From Camelus dromedarius (taxonomy: Eukaryota): DNA of 64,000 nucleotides. The stretch lies in contig NC_087437.1 in NCBI RefSeq assembly GCF_036321535.1, positions 18,540,001 to 18,604,000 on the forward strand, read 5' to 3'. Position 1 is the stretch's first letter. Each line of letters opens with the position of its first letter. The notes below the pieces were generated by a model. That model was given only the letters and a program-made list of their open reading frames with translations, did not search any database and had not been told where the DNA came from. Shown one piece after another: positions 49,816 to 63,616 of this stretch. The position numbers and the translations under genes are program-made.

Positions 49816-50609
49816 GTAAGTACAAGAGGGACTCCCGGTACTTTCCCTCCTGGTAGCTAACTGGACTTCACTGGTGGAACACACCCTTGCAGAAATTCTG
49901 ATGGGTCATTATCAGAAGTGACTTCAAAGAAGGTATAGCCAGCCTCATTTGGAGGTTTTTTTGTTATATGTAATTTTAAAAAAACATTTTAAAATATTCT
50001 TGAAAGTAATGTATATAAATTAATATGATAAACCCTATTTTAAGAAACTCAAGAATATCGAAATTCATCATTACACAAGTATTTGAACCTCGACTAGGGT
50101 TTAACTATTGATTTGATAAATACAGCATTGTGTGAAGCTTGGGTCTCATTATGACAAAATTTTTGCAGTGACTGGGATTTTACTTAAGGTAGAAGTAGAG
50201 GAAACATAATCCTCAGGAAGATGCCAAAGAGACAAAAAAAATGACCTTTGTACACTCTGTAGTTGTTATATTTTAATAAACACCTTCTTACACATTTTCT
50301 AAAACCCACTTCTCATTTTCACAGTGAGGCAACTACTGTGTCTTGCTTAAAATTCTGAATCAGTTAATGAGTAAAGGCAAGTTATTCTCTCTAAAATATA
50401 CATAAATACCCGAGGTACAACTACGAGCAGCAGTTCACCTCTTCCCAGGGCACTGGGGCAGGGCCAATACTGTCCTTCTGGAGAGGTTTCCATACTGAAA
50501 GCCAAGGAAAAAGAGCTCCTGCTCAAAACCCAACGGGGCCCTTTTTATGGTCAATGTTTCCTTTTGGTGCAATTTTTGGGAAGGGAACTGACTATTTGTG
50601 TTTGTTTAG

Positions 50610-50659
50610 GTACTGATTGACTTATCAAAAGAAGATCTGATTAGGGGCTTCTCACAATG
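50610..50659 (+). CDS. ESYT3: ESYT3 exon 22 (50 nt)
   Basis: gtttag|VLIDLSKEDLIRGFSQ+TG|gtaagt. Confidence 0.95.
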
Positions 50660-51008
50660 GTAAGTGAGCCTTTCATTTTATCACATTAATCTGCTACTCA
50701 AGTAAGACACTGTCTCAGATAGTTGCCGTTTTCTCTCTCCAAAGTTCTTATCTTTTCAGTACATTTCAGAGCCTTTGTTTATCGAGGAGGGAGACAGATT
50801 ATTACCTTTACTTAAGGCTTCCTGACTGCAGATTTCAGTTACCTACAGGACCTCTGCAAGCTCTAGTCTTAACCCCAGCTGGCCAGCTTACAGAGAGATG
50901 GGTTCTGCTGGTCCTACAGAAGCCCAGGCAGGACTAGGCCACTTTGTCCTCATGCTGCCACAACAGGCTCTCAATATTAACTCAGATCCAATCACATCTC
51001 TCTTACAG

Positions 51009-51045
51009 GTATGAGCTGACACCAGATGGACAGCCCAGAAGTTGA
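51009..51045 (+). CDS. ESYT3: ESYT3 exon 23 coding part (37 nt incl. stop)
   Basis: ttacag|G+YELTPDGQPRS* followed by two further in-frame TGA. Confidence 0.95.
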
Positions 51046-51265
51046 TGATGAGCAACATTTATTACCTTTATATTAAAATGTGTACATATGTGTATTTTGT
51101 AATTTAAATCAGGACAGCCATTTGAAAATACATTTATATATATACATTCTTGTATGCAGTTTAACTGCATGACAAGATAGTATTAGGAAGAGATAAACAC
51201 ATGAAAGGCATCTCTTGGTTGGATTTAATTGTTTAAATCCAGAAAGAAATGGGGTATTAGTGCCT

Positions 51266-51271
51266 AATAAA
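51266..51271 (+). terminator. ESYT3: Candidate proximal polyadenylation signal of ESYT3
   Basis: AATAAA 220 nt after stop (ATTAAA also at 51072). Confidence 0.4.
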
Positions 51272-52580
51272 CTACCAGCACCTCAGTGGTGAATTTTCGC
51301 TTTTGGTAATTACAGTCAGTCTGACTTAGGACTTGCCTGAATGTATGCACCAAAAGGGTTCCTGTCTCCAGACACAGGGGGAGGGAGGTCTGTTCCTGGA
51401 GCAGCTACCATTATTCCCGAGTAGTGACTGACCAAGGGAGGAGGCTTCTTTTATGAGACTAAATGGGGACTCACCCCAAAGTGCCAAGAGCTAATGATAC
51501 CTAAGCCCTTCTGGTACATCTCTGCCTGGAGATTTATTCCTGTATCTGATTTGGAACTAAAATGTACTTTCCTGATGGCAACAATGTTGTAGTGATATAC
51601 CTAAATACCTTAAACTAAGCATTCCAGGATGGGATGGCCTGGGACCCAGCAGGTGGCATTATTTCCATAGGAAAATATAAGCTGAATTCCAAAACCAGGT
51701 CTCCTGTCTGCACTCCCAGGGCAGAGCACTGGAGACTGCTGCCCAGTGTCGGTGCCAAAGAGAAAAGGGCTTTCTCTCTCTCTCCCAGACGGGTTTGGGG
51801 ATTCTTTGCCACTTTTCCAAGAGACAGCTGGTTTTCCTAAATAACACTTTAACAACAACAAAATATGTAAATTGTATATTTAAACAAGTGCCTCTCTTGC
51901 ATTTCAGACTTTATAAAACCAAATATTCTGGTTTTCTCTGACGTTCCTAGAGGTGTTGTCAAGGTCACATCCTCTTTTCTCTTACCCACTCAGGCAACAT
52001 CCCTACCATCAGTTTCCTCTCCGTACCACAGCCTTCACTGCCGCTTTTCTGAACAAAATTTTTGTCATGTTACTCGCACTTACAAATTATCTATTTTCTA
52101 CAAAACTAAAGCCCACTCCTTAATTTGTGTTTCAGACGTAACATAACCAGGTCTCCAGTTTTTTGCTACTTTATTTATGTGTAGATGCTCTATTCCAGAG
52201 AAGTTCAAATATATCCTGCCCCCTAAGCCTACTCACTTCTTAGAGGCCTATCTCAAACCCACCTCCTCCTGTTCCTGGAGCAGCTGCCAGTATTCCTGGG
52301 CAGTGACTCCATTAATCCAGTCCACAGTGAGAGGGCCTCTCCTACACCCTACCTATAGCATCTACTATCAACATTGTGCATTCTTCATTTTAACAGTTCC
52401 CTGCATTATAGTATTAATTTTTGAAAATGTTTATTAGGTATGTATTAAGGTCACATGCTTAAGAAACGACTTATTGTGTTTGGTATTTAATGTTTGTTTA
52501 CTCTACAACTGAACATAAGCTACTTGAACTGATTTTCACCCCCATCATCCAAGACTATGCTAAGTACGTGACAGATGTGT

Positions 52581-52586
52581 AATAAA
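52581..52586 (+). terminator. ESYT3: Candidate distal polyadenylation signal of ESYT3
   Basis: TGT-AATAAA followed by U/GU-rich sequence, just before the repeat-filled intergenic region. Confidence 0.5.
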
Positions 52587-53439
52587 ATTTGTTTCTGCTG
52601 AGATTTATATTTTGAGTGACAAATTCTCATAATAAAATGGGGCAACTAATGCCTGTCCTGTCTACCTCACATGGCATTGTAATGTTCACTAAACAGACAA
52701 GTGTCCTACAAATGGTAACGTATCAGAATATAAGGGACCGTATCATAAATCAGGTCCTGAATATTAGCAACCCTAAAACAACTACTGAGAAAGACAACAG
52801 ACAAGTGAAAATCTATCCTTTCTCTTCCACAGAGACAACCTAGTTAAACCACGAACATTTATTTTAAACACGGTTAACTGAAAACTAACACAGGTAAAGT
52901 TCCTGGTAATGACCAAAGAGAAAATCTACAGCAGGGTGTAGGAGTTGAAGAGGTGTTTAGATGTTGAAGAGAACCAGAATTTTCGCATACATCAGGAAAG
53001 GAGGCAAGGCTACTGTGTAAGGGACAAGAAGCCTGAAGTTCTGTCATCAGAACGCATCTTGGCTGCCAATGAGGACAAGAAATTGGCTGTCAGCAATGAT
53101 GGTAACAATCAGTTAATCTCTCCTATAGGAAAATAGGGTCTGAAGTTACACACAATTGAAACCCCCACACCTTAAAACTATAGTGAAAACTGGTTGAGAA
53201 CTTGGAACTATCTGAAGCCCTGACAGTCAACCACAGAACTGGACCTTAGGGTTGCCATTCCCATCTAGGGCACATGTATGTCCACTGCAGCAGATAATTC
53301 CCACTAAAGGGAGGGTCACAGGCAAACAATTCTTGTTTTAAATTCTTCCTGTTAGGCAACCTGTGCAGTGCAGTTCCCACCTCCTGACTGGATCCTAACT
53401 GATAACTGATAAAGTATACATTAAAAAATTTATGATAAA

Positions 53440-54420
53440 ATTTTGCACAGCAAAGGACTAAGGATACCATCAGCAAAACGAAGACAACCTACAGAATGGG
53501 AGAAAATATTTGCAAATGATGTGACCGACAAGAGACTAATTTCCAAACTATACAAACAGCTCATACACCTTAATATCAAAACATACAAGCAACCCAATCA
53601 AAAAATGGGCAGAAGACCTAAATGGACATCTCTCGAAAGAAGACATCCAAATAGCCAACAAGCACATGAAAATATGCTCAATATCACTAATTGTTAGAGA
53701 ATATGCAAATCAAAACTATAATGAGATATTACCTCACACCAGTCAGAATGACCATCATTAAGTCTTCAAACAATAAATGCTAGAGAGGGTGTGGAGAAAA
53801 AGGAACTCTCCTACACTGTTGGTGGGAAGGTAAACTGGTGCAGCCACTATGGAGTTTCCTTAAAAAACTAAAAACAAACTTACCATATGAGCCAGCAATC
53901 CCACTCCTGGGCATATATCCAGAGAAAAATAGAATTCAAAAAGACACATGCACCCCAATGTACATAGCAGCACTATTTACAATAGCCAAGACATGGAAAC
54001 AGCCCAAGTGTCCATCAACAGATGACTGGAATACTACTCAGCCATGAAAAAGAACAAAATAGTGCCATTTGCAGCAACATGGATGGACCTGGAGATCACC
54101 GTTCTAAGTGAAGCCAGAAAGAAGAATGCCATATGATATTGCTTATACGTGGAATCTTAATAGAAGGACACAAATGAACGTATCTACAAAACAGACAGAC
54201 TCACAGACATAGAGAACAAACGTATGGTTACCAGGGGCTAAAGGGGGTGGGAAGGGATAAATTGGGAATTCGAATATCGGGGAGTGATGGAAATGTTAGC
54301 TATCTTGATTGTGGTAGTGGTTTCATTGGTGTATACATCTATCAAAATTCATCAAAGGGTACATCTGAAATATATGTAGTTTACTGTACAGGAACCATAC
54401 CACAATAAAGATGTCTAAAA
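53440..54420 (+). mobile_element. Chimeric L1: younger-type ORF2 end/3'UTR joined to an old-type 3' end
   Basis: RQPTEWEKIFAND...KTWKQPKCPSTD; switch in 3'UTR type at ~54278. Confidence 0.8.
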
Positions 54421-54769
54421 ATTTTTTGACATAACCAATAAAATAGAACAACAACAGAAAAATCAACAGAGCTGAATATAAAACTTCCAAATCAGTAGTG
54501 AAGAAAGGGTAATAAAGAGACAACCCCACTCAAAATATAGGGAAGAAAAAAAGCAGCATAGAAAAATATGATAAAATGCAAAAGATGATCAAAAGACCTC
54601 TAAATATATCTGCAATTACAGTAAACCCACTACTGAAACCCATGTCAAATTCCATGAAAATAAAGTATAGCTACATGCTATTTATAGATGTTTACTTCAA
54701 ACACACAGAGGTGTTGAAAATAAAAGGATGAAAAAGATAGACCCAAGACACTTTAGATTTCTGTTTACA

Positions 54770-56910
54770 TTAATGGTAGCAAACATTATATCTAATGGTG
54801 GAAACATTAAAAGATTTCCTTCTGAAATGTGGAACAAGAAAAGGCTGTTTCCTATCACCACTTCTACTCAGCACTGTATTGTGCGTGTGTAGTAAGGCAA
54901 GAAAAAACAGGTATATCTGACCAAAACTGTTGTTATGTACAGACAATATGATCATGAACATAAAAATCCAAAATAATTTAAAGGTAAACTACTAGAGTTA
55001 ATCAGAGAGTTTTTTTAGCAAGGTTGCTAAATACAAAGTAAATATTTAAAAATCAACTGTGGTTCTCTGTTCCTACAACAGAAAGTGAAATTTTAAAAAG
55101 ATAATTTATGAATGTATAAAAGATCAAATACTATGAACACATCCAACAACAATCCCTATATGAAAATTATGAAACTTTATTAAGAAATGTTAAAGTAAAC
55201 CTAACCAAGTGGAGAGTGATGACATATCTGGAGTTTGAAGACCCAACATTACAGATGCTGATTTCCTCCACTGATCCTATGTTTAAAGAAAACCAAATAA
55301 AAATCCCAATAAGTTGTACATGTGTCTATCACTTGATAAGCAGATTCAATATACATAGAAATACAAAGGGTAGGAAGCCTTCAAATGGATAACAGCTTAT
55401 TTTAAAGTTAAAATAATGAAGACAGGGGGGTACTAGTGCAGAGAGAGACAACTGGTCCAAAGGACTAGAAAAGGGTCTGGTAATAGACACACTCACACAT
55501 AGGTAACCGAATTATGGCAGAGGTAGCACTATGAGTAGAGGGGAAATGAGAGATTTTTCAAAAATGGTGCTGAGACAACTGAGTATCCATAATGAAAAAT
55601 ATAAAATGGTCCTTTACTCATACCACATTAAAAAACAAAACAAAACTCCAGGTATATGAGACTAAGTGAACGGCAAAACCATACAGCTGTAAGATAATAT
55701 AGGAGAATAACCTGACAATTTGTGACTAGAGAAAAATTTCATAAGACACAAAGAGCACTAACTAGAATCTCTACACCTCTAACTCTATTGTCTATATTAA
55801 AATTAAGTTCTTCAGTCCATAAAAAGAAAGTAGAGGAAAATGGAAAGAGGACAAAGAAGACAACATCTGCAACACATGGCTCATGTCCCACATATATAAA
55901 TAACTTATAAATCAATAAGACAGTTCAACAGAAAAATGAACAAAAGACATAAGCACTTCAAAAAAAGAAATACAAATGGCCAACAAAGGAGAGATGTTTA
56001 ACTTCATTAGTAATCAGGGAAATAAACATTAAAGCCACACTAATACACTACACTGCAAAAAATTTAAAAATCTGACTTACCAAAAACTGGTCAGGATGTA
56101 GACAATTGGGAACTCTCATATATTAATGGTGGGAGTATAAACTGGTAAATCACTCTGGAAAAAAGTTTGGCATTGTCTTCTAAAGTTGAAATACATATTG
56201 TTTGTCAAAGTTGCCACATTATAAATCCCCAGAGGTTCCCTTCACATCCTTTATCTATAGAAATGGTACCACCTCCACTTGTTCAGGACACAGCCTCTGT
56301 GACTGTATACAGACGTGTTTTCCTCTAGGACACAGCAATTTTACTTCTTGGATATTGATTCCAGAAAACCTGCACAGAGGTGTACAAGGATGCACATACA
56401 AGAATGTTCACAGCAGTCATTCAAAACAGCCAAGAACTAGAAACAACCCAAATGTCAATCCCCAGTAGAACAGACAAATGAATTATGGAACATTCATAGA
56501 GGAATACTAGGCACCAATGAAAGTAAATGATCTGGACCTACACACAACAACATGGATGAACATAATACTGAACAAAAGAAGAAAAATTTATAAGAATATG
56601 AACAAAATGATGCCATTTTTATAAAGTTCAAAAACAGGCAAAACTCAGCTACCTTGGTTTAGGCATACAGACAAAAGTGGCAAAATGATTTAAAAAAATA
56701 AGTAAGTGATTAACGTAAGTCAGGCTAATGGCTACCTCTTGAGAGAAGGCACATATGGTGTGTGGGAGAGGCTGCTGGAGTGCTGGCAATGTTCTAATTT
56801 TTGGTTGTTGCATGGGTGTCCACTTTATTATCATTCATTACACTTGACATTTATGGTTTTTACCACATTGAGCATATGTGTTACATTCTGTAATAAAAAG
56901 GATTCATGAA
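54770..56910 (+). mobile_element. Old degenerate L1 fragments in the ESYT3-CEP70 intergenic region
   Basis: ggaacaagaaaaggctg..ctatcaccacttctactcagcactgta, aacccaaatgtc, old 3'UTR motifs. Confidence 0.75.
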
Positions 56911-57382
56911 ATAAATGAAAAAGAGAAGTAAAAATATCTGGCAACTATTAATTAAAAGAAAGGACAAAATTGCATTCAAGCTGAGAAGCATAAATAGTAA
57001 TAAAGAGAGAGATTAATCTAGAAGATATTATCAACTATGAATTTACTTATAAGTACTTAAAAATAGGCCCAAAATATAAAAAATAAAATTCCACAAGTCC
57101 ACAGAGATTTCAGTGTCTCCCATAAAGTAACAAATCAATCAGGCAAAAAAATGATAGAAATAAAGTAGATTTAAACAATACAATAGCACTATATATACTT
57201 TTTTTTAAAGCACATGTGGAAAATGGGGAAATTCATCACATATAAAGAAGCCACAAAGATTCCGACAAATTGCAAAGTTGCCCAAGGAAGGCTCAGCCTA
57301 GTAAGAGAATATGACTCATTATTTGTGAGGAATACAAATAAGTCACTGAGGACACCTCTGTTTGGAAATTCTTTACAAAAAT

Positions 57383-57388
57383 TTTATT
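57383..57388 (-). terminator. CEP70: Candidate CEP70 polyadenylation signal
   Basis: AATAAA on - strand ~640 nt past the stop. Confidence 0.55.
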
Positions 57389-58022
57389 TAATATCTCATG
57401 CCCTTATAAAAAGTATTATTACATCAAGACAGCAAAAAAGATTTTTTTATGAGAGACTTCTATCCACTCATCTATTTTATCCCATAATTCATTCCCTACC
57501 CTAACACAATAAAACAATTTTTTCCTTCTTCCTTTTCTTCCTCCTGATCTGAAAGGGCAAGTGTTATGAGGGATATCTTAATAGAATGTGCCACTTCCTT
57601 GCCAGGAAAGCAATTGCTTCCTGCTGGCTGGACTTAAGAGAGACACTGGCATTCCTTGTTCCAGAACCAAAAAGGTCACTGAACTCTAAACTTAAATGCA
57701 ACCTCTCTATTACTTGCACTATCTCTCCCTGGGTTTCTCTCTTACACACTGTACTTTAAAACAATCTTAAATGTTAAGCACTCAAGAATTGCTTAAGAAA
57801 TGATTAAAGGATCTAAAGTTAACTTCCTACTTAAACTTAGCAACTGTTTTCTATACAAGAATCTCAAAGTTAATAATTTTATGGTTGGAGGACCCAATAC
57901 AAAGAAGGGGGTAAATTCCGAGAGTAAATACATTTTATAACCCTTATCTCAAAGTAAGATCCTACAAAATACTTAAAATGTTAAGAATGCAATTTACACA
58001 GTAAAAATGATTTGATTTGTTT

Positions 58023-58084
58023 TCAGTATGAAAGTATTTTTAATTTCCTTACTGCAGGTACAATGGCATCCAAGTCATCAATTT
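58023..58084 (-). CDS. CEP70: CEP70 last exon, coding part (62 nt incl. stop)
   Basis: ttacag|AA+IDDLDAIVPAVRKLKILSY*. Confidence 0.93.
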
Positions 58085-60652
58085 CTGTAACAGAAAAACA
58101 AGAATAATGAAAGAAGAGCTTTATCCAGTGTTAGGCTCAGATGAAATGAGAATCTCTATGCAAAAGCAAACCTCGAACACAAAGGCAACAACACTAGTCT
58201 TTCATCCATATGAAATTTTTCTCTGACAGTGGTGATAATATCACTGATTCAGACACAGATGCTTCACAGGGCAGCTCTTTGTCAAAGCTACCACATACCT
58301 ACAAAAGCATCCTGACTCTGATATTAACCTCAGTAGCAGTGTGCTCTTATTAATAGTTCTTACTAGCCACATTTTTGTTATTATGTTACTGCCTCTTTAA
58401 ATCTGTATAATTACACAGGTGAGCCTCCATGGCGAAACCCCAGGTAGAGGCTGTCTCTCTCCTGGCTCCCCATCTGAGGATTTAGGGATTTCTTCTCTTG
58501 GAACACAGTCCTATCCTAATTCTCTGAGAAAGATTTCTCATTAGTAGGATCGCTCTTAGGTCTACCTTTTAGGATGAACCCTATCTCCCTAAATAAAGAT
58601 ACGCGGTGTCTCAGCACAGACCTCTGATGCGGTGCATCACAGAGCTTCGCCTGGTCCAGTGTACCAGACATGTCAGGTTCTTCTCTGCCAGGTTCTTTCT
58701 GAATTTGACTTCTCTTCCTAAGACTATCTTCTTCCAACCAGCCTAAGTTGGAATTCACTGTCTGAAAGTTCCTGGTCACTGAGGAAGGAAGGCCCTTTCT
58801 CTCGTTATTCTTAGACTCCAGCTCTACTTAAGGTAAGTCCCAGTGGCAGGTTCTCTAGATTTTCACCACTTTTTTTCTAGATTTTGCTGAGCCACTGTTC
58901 ATAAACTCACTTCCTTTATATTAAACATGCTTCCTTGGATTCCACCTCTCTACTTCCATGTTTAGCTGGATTTGGCTGTTCTTCCTTTAGCCCAAACACG
59001 TGACCCATGCTGTTTATGCTCCTGACTTCAGTCAGAATTCTTGTCTGAATCCACTTACAAAGCACCAAGATATCGGGAAGGAGAAAATAAAAGCAAACCT
59101 ACAACAGAGTTTGGTTCACACCTTACACTGTGGTAAGGTAAAAGATCAAGTTATTATTCCCTGGCCCTCATTCTGAAATCACAACTGCTATCTCACCAAA
59201 TGAAAAGAAGGAGGATCTCAGCTGATAGAATTTTCTCAGCTAATCATGCCACTTACATGAGAAAAAAAGTCCTTCTCCATACCTGATATTCAGTACACCA
59301 CCACTCTAATTCTAGACTCTTAATATGACATCTAGTAATAATAAAAAGTCATGTTTACCAAAACAGACTTAACTTTCCCAATGTTAAATACAGTATTTAC
59401 TCCAGAATTTCAACTGTGACTAATACACAGAGTTCATCTGCATCAGATCCCACCTGCATCATACTAAGTATCATATCTGAGAGGAAGTTCCTACAGAAGG
59501 ATTCTGAAATAAGTGTTACCAACACACTTACTAAAATGTTTATGACAAGAAACTCATAGCTTAAGTTATTGCTACCCCCAAAGCAAGGAAAATCATATTA
59601 CTCCATGAAACAAGGCTCTTCGAGATATAAGGCAACACATTTCTACAATTTCACATTTCAAGTTTAACTTCCAAATTACATTTTCCATTGCCATGATCTT
59701 TTTAAGTATATGAGCATGACTGAAGCGCACTCACTCATGTCTCCCTTGCTTCCAGTCTACATAAAACTGGCCACAAAACTTTATGTTCAATGGTTATATA
59801 CTCCAGTCCACACCTCTTTCATTTATTCATCTTCTTACCCAATTTTAATTTACTCATTCCTTTCACTTCTACTAAACCTCATCTCCTCTCCTAATCTAAT
59901 TTCCTATGTCAAGGAGCCATTCTTAAAAAAAACTTTCAATTTCAAATTAGTTATACAGAAAAAAAAGAATTCATTAATGAATAGATCACTTTACCTTTTT
60001 AAAAAGTGCTCTTAACAATGAAATAAATTATTTTTATAGCCATATATAATCATACTTAAAGTAACAGACCTGGGTCTCTATTTTGCCTATGATTCCTAAG
60101 CAACTTACATTTTCTCCCTTTAAGAGAGATTATTACTAACGAAGCCCTCAACCTGACCAAGAGTGTAAATGTATCTCTTCCCTTTTACAGATTATAAATT
60201 TATGTCCTTTCTACAGATGTCTACTTTGTATTACTTTAAGTTACTATTACTTTAATTTGTGTATTTAAAAAACACAGTAGATAGGAACTATCTTAAAAAA
60301 AGGAGGAGGAGGAAGGGAAAAAAGACATCTTCCAAGATCATAAATTCTACAAACATTTCCCATTAGGCAATGACAGAACCAGGGTTAAACTGGGACTAGC
60401 CAGAGTAATGCCATTTCTTATTTTAAAGTCCTAAAACAAAGGCAGCCTCCAGCTTCTTAAAGGTTCTGTGCTTCTCTGTTCTGTACACTAATCCCAACCA
60501 ACCCTAATGGTAAGTTAGAAGTTCATTTCTAGAACTGTTGTGGTTTCCAGACACTCAAGGTGAAAACACTAATCCAATGACTTAGGCACACTCTTCCCTC
60601 AAACTCACTGACGTCAGACTCAAAATTTAACCACCACCATCAGAAGTCTTAC

Positions 60653-60732
60653 CTAAGATTTCAAGTAGATCATTAGTAAATGCCTGAAATGCTGGGAAAA
60701 ACTCCTCATGTTCTTCCAATTTGTTGATAATG
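60653..60732 (-). CDS. CEP70: CEP70 penultimate exon (80 nt)
   Basis: taaaag|C+[26 protein letters not shown]+G|gtaaga. Confidence 0.93.
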
Positions 60733-61772
60733 CTTTTAAAAAAAATGCACAGTTTACACTGAATTTCCAACTTAGGGTTCTTGCATCTGATTGGAAATAG
60801 AACATTTCAAAATGGAAAGAAATTGTCCTGCTAATTTAAATATAAGTTTAATGATCATTTACTGCAATCCTTCCTTTTTGAGCTCTTTGTTCATCTAATA
60901 ACACTTTTCTAAAAAAAAAAAATCTTATTATCAGTGTAATCTATTCCAAAGTTAAATTTATGTAACGTTCCTAATATGGGAGACTTTCTATTTAGCTTGA
61001 GGATTCTTAAGAGACCATGCTTTTATAACATTTTCTAAAAATAACTGCCATTTATAGCCAATATTCTATTAAACATTAAGAATAAGTACCAGTAATCAGT
61101 AAAACTGTGGGAAGGGGAAAAAGACCAATAGTGAGACACATACTCCTTTTAAAAGCATCAAGTATCAGAAGATTCAAGTGTCAGATTAGGCAAGGGTTCT
61201 TGGAAAACTTGCAGAACTTATGGAATAGGTGGTATATGTGTGTGTTCCCCTTCCCACAGGCTGCAGTATAAAATCTGGAGGAGGGAGGAAGAGGACAGCT
61301 ATATTTTGATATTTAAAGAAAAAAATCAGGATTTATGTTGATGATGCCTAGCTTAAAAAAAAATTCTTAACATCTTCTAATCAAATAATATATATACCAT
61401 TAGTAATCATTCAGTAATTTATGGTAACATACTAAAAATCAGACTTGTTTATATATTCTGAATTTACATGAAGTTACTAACAAGGTTTGAATTTCCCCAT
61501 ATATAGTTTTCTTTGGGAACAGGCTTATAGCAATGATGCTAGAGTCCTGACCCACTCTATGTAAACTTATAGGCCCTAGAATCTATTTTTATCTTGAAAA
61601 TATTTGACATTCTCTCCATCCCTAAAGTGTGAGATTATTTTAGATTGTCAAATTACTTTTAAAAATGCTGTTCCAAAAAGGAAAGGTAAATAACTTATGA
61701 AGTTTTGAAAGTCTTTAATTTCACCATTCCAAACATTCTGGATGATACTTTGCAAATTTTTACAGTAAATAC

Positions 61773-61887
61773 CTTTGGAGGTCTTCAGGTCCTAATACCT
61801 GCATAACCTGTTCATTCACATCTTCATTAATCAGCCTACACAATTTTCCAACTGTGCTCACCAGCACACATAATGAGGATGAACTAT
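61773..61887 (-). CDS. CEP70: CEP70 internal exon (115 nt)
   Basis: ttgcag|AT+[37 protein letters not shown]+AG|gtattt. Confidence 0.94.
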
Positions 61888-62059
61888 CTGCAAAAGGGAA
61901 ATAAAAGGATAAGGCATTTTAAAAGAGAACTTGCAAAATCATTAAATCAAACTCTTTATGCATTAGTTATCCTCAGTTTTTTCTTTTTTAACCTACTTTT
62001 TGTTGACTTATTAGGAATAATTCTTAAATGTGGGGCCAAAAATGACAAAGGATCATCAC

Positions 62060-62228
62060 CTAGTTCTAAGAGTTCCTGGAGGTTTCTCACAGCATTGTTC
62101 ATTTCTCCAAGCCTAGTATAAACTTCATTCATTCGGGGATAGACTCCAGTTAAAGAAGGCACATCAAATAATTTTTGGAAGTGAGAAACAATAGCTTGCA
62201 AAATTTGAACATTTGGCATATTACTGTC
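62060..62228 (-). CDS. CEP70: CEP70 internal exon (169 nt)
   Basis: gggcag|[56 protein letters not shown]+G|gtgatg. Confidence 0.94.
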
Positions 62229-62410
62229 CTGCCCAGAAGAGAGGAAGGAAAAGAAACATAGTTCACATCTTAATTCCAAATCTTTAATAAAAACTTTAAA
62301 AAGAGAACTAGAGTTCTAGTAGAACAAATATCTTATCCACATCATTATCAGTTGCTAAGACTAGATTACATTAAAATGTGAACATTTATGTAAGTATTAG
62401 GTAGTATTAC

Positions 62411-62557
62411 CTTTTCCTTATTTTCAACTTCTTCTAACATGGTATCTACTATAAACAACAGATCTTCAACTTTGATACCTTCATTTTCATCCTGCTTCTT
62501 TAAATTATGCCAAGGCACCAGTTCGGCAGAGAGTAGTTTCAAGGACTTATACAAATC
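62411..62557 (-). CDS. CEP70: CEP70 internal exon (147 nt)
   Basis: gtgaag|[49 protein letters not shown]|gtaata; upstream exons lie beyond the window. Confidence 0.93.
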
Positions 62558-62695
62558 CTTCACAACAAAAGAAATGACATGCTCTTATTGATTAAAAAAT
62601 AGTAGCTTCTATATAATGCTAATAAAATATAATTATCCAGGCAGATTTAATATATATATTAACCATCATCAGTTCTTAAAAAATACCATTACCAG

Positions 62696-62823
62696 TTTTG
62701 TTTGTTTGTTTGTTGGGGGGGAAGTAATTAGGTTTATTTACTTATTTATTTTAATGGAGGTGCTGGGGATTGAACCCAGGATCCTATGTATGCTAAGCAT
62801 GCACTCTACCCATCCTGCCCTCT
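62696..62823 (-). mobile_element. tRNA-derived SINE (Vic-1-like) in CEP70 intron
   Basis: Same head, B box and aacctaattac..ccccccc tail as the 47461 copy; TSD CATTACCAG at 62687 and 62824. Confidence 0.85.
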
Positions 62824-63029
62824 CATTACCAGCTTAGAAAAAGTCTGCTAAATTAGTTTTCTCCAGGAAAATACAGGCCTTACAAAAAACGATATACATA
62901 CATTGATTACCTCAAGTGTGGATGTTTAAAGTGATTATATGTTATTTATTAGTAGTATTTGTTATTTATGTAATTATTTTGAAATACTGATGAATAAAAA
63001 ATAAGCTTGTCCTTTATATTTTATCCTTG

Positions 63030-63385
63030 ATTTTTAAAATAACAGATTTATTAAGATATAATTCACGTACCATAAAATTCATCCTCTTTTAAATGTACAA
63101 TTTAGTAGTTCTGATTTATTTACAGAGATGTACAATTATCACCATTATCTAATTCCAGGACATTTTCATTACCCCAGAAAGAAACCCTGTACCCACTTGC
63201 AGTCATTCCCCATTCTCTCCTGCTCCCAGCCTCTGGGTAACTACGAATCTACTTTCTGTTTCTATGGATTTGCCTATTCTGGGCATCTCACCAAAAAAAT
63301 GTAATCATACAATAAGCAGCCTTTTGTGACTACCATCTTTCACTTAGAATACTGTTTTCAAGATTCCTCCATGTTATTTATAGTA
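63030..63385 (-). mobile_element. Old L1 3' end (L1MB-like) in CEP70 intron
   Basis: agatataattcacgtaccataaaattca...accccagaaagaaaccctgtaccc...tctatggatttgcctattctgg. Confidence 0.85.
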
Positions 63386-63616
63386 TGTATCTATACATAC
63401 TATAGTTTGTTTGAAAGGATGCCTAAGTTAATTCTACTTAATCTTCATGACTGCCTCCTTAGTTTTCTTGGCCTAGACATGTTGTCCTAATCTATTTAAA
63501 ACTGTGCACATAGGGCAAGGCTCCTGGAAGTTTAGATCTCTAAGACTAGTCAATTAATAAAAAAATATTTACTGAGCATTTACTATGTGCATGGCATAGT
63601 GTTTGGCCCTTTAGAA

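Larger units (their letters stand above)
4816..51045 (+). other. ESYT3: ESYT3 gene body (23 coding exons, 886 aa: N-terminal membrane hairpin, SMP domain, C2A, C2B, C2C)
   Basis: Exons below splice with GT-AG and consistent phases into a 2661-nt ORF; translation matches the recalled E-Syt3 sequence (LPAW-IHFPDVERVEWANK ... WYELTPDGQPRS); neighbour is CEP70. Confidence 0.97.

Noticed and set aside
50601..51015. AG|GT recursive-splice-like junctions at exons 22 and 23
   Set aside because: The GT is dictated by coding sequence and the introns are short; no independent support
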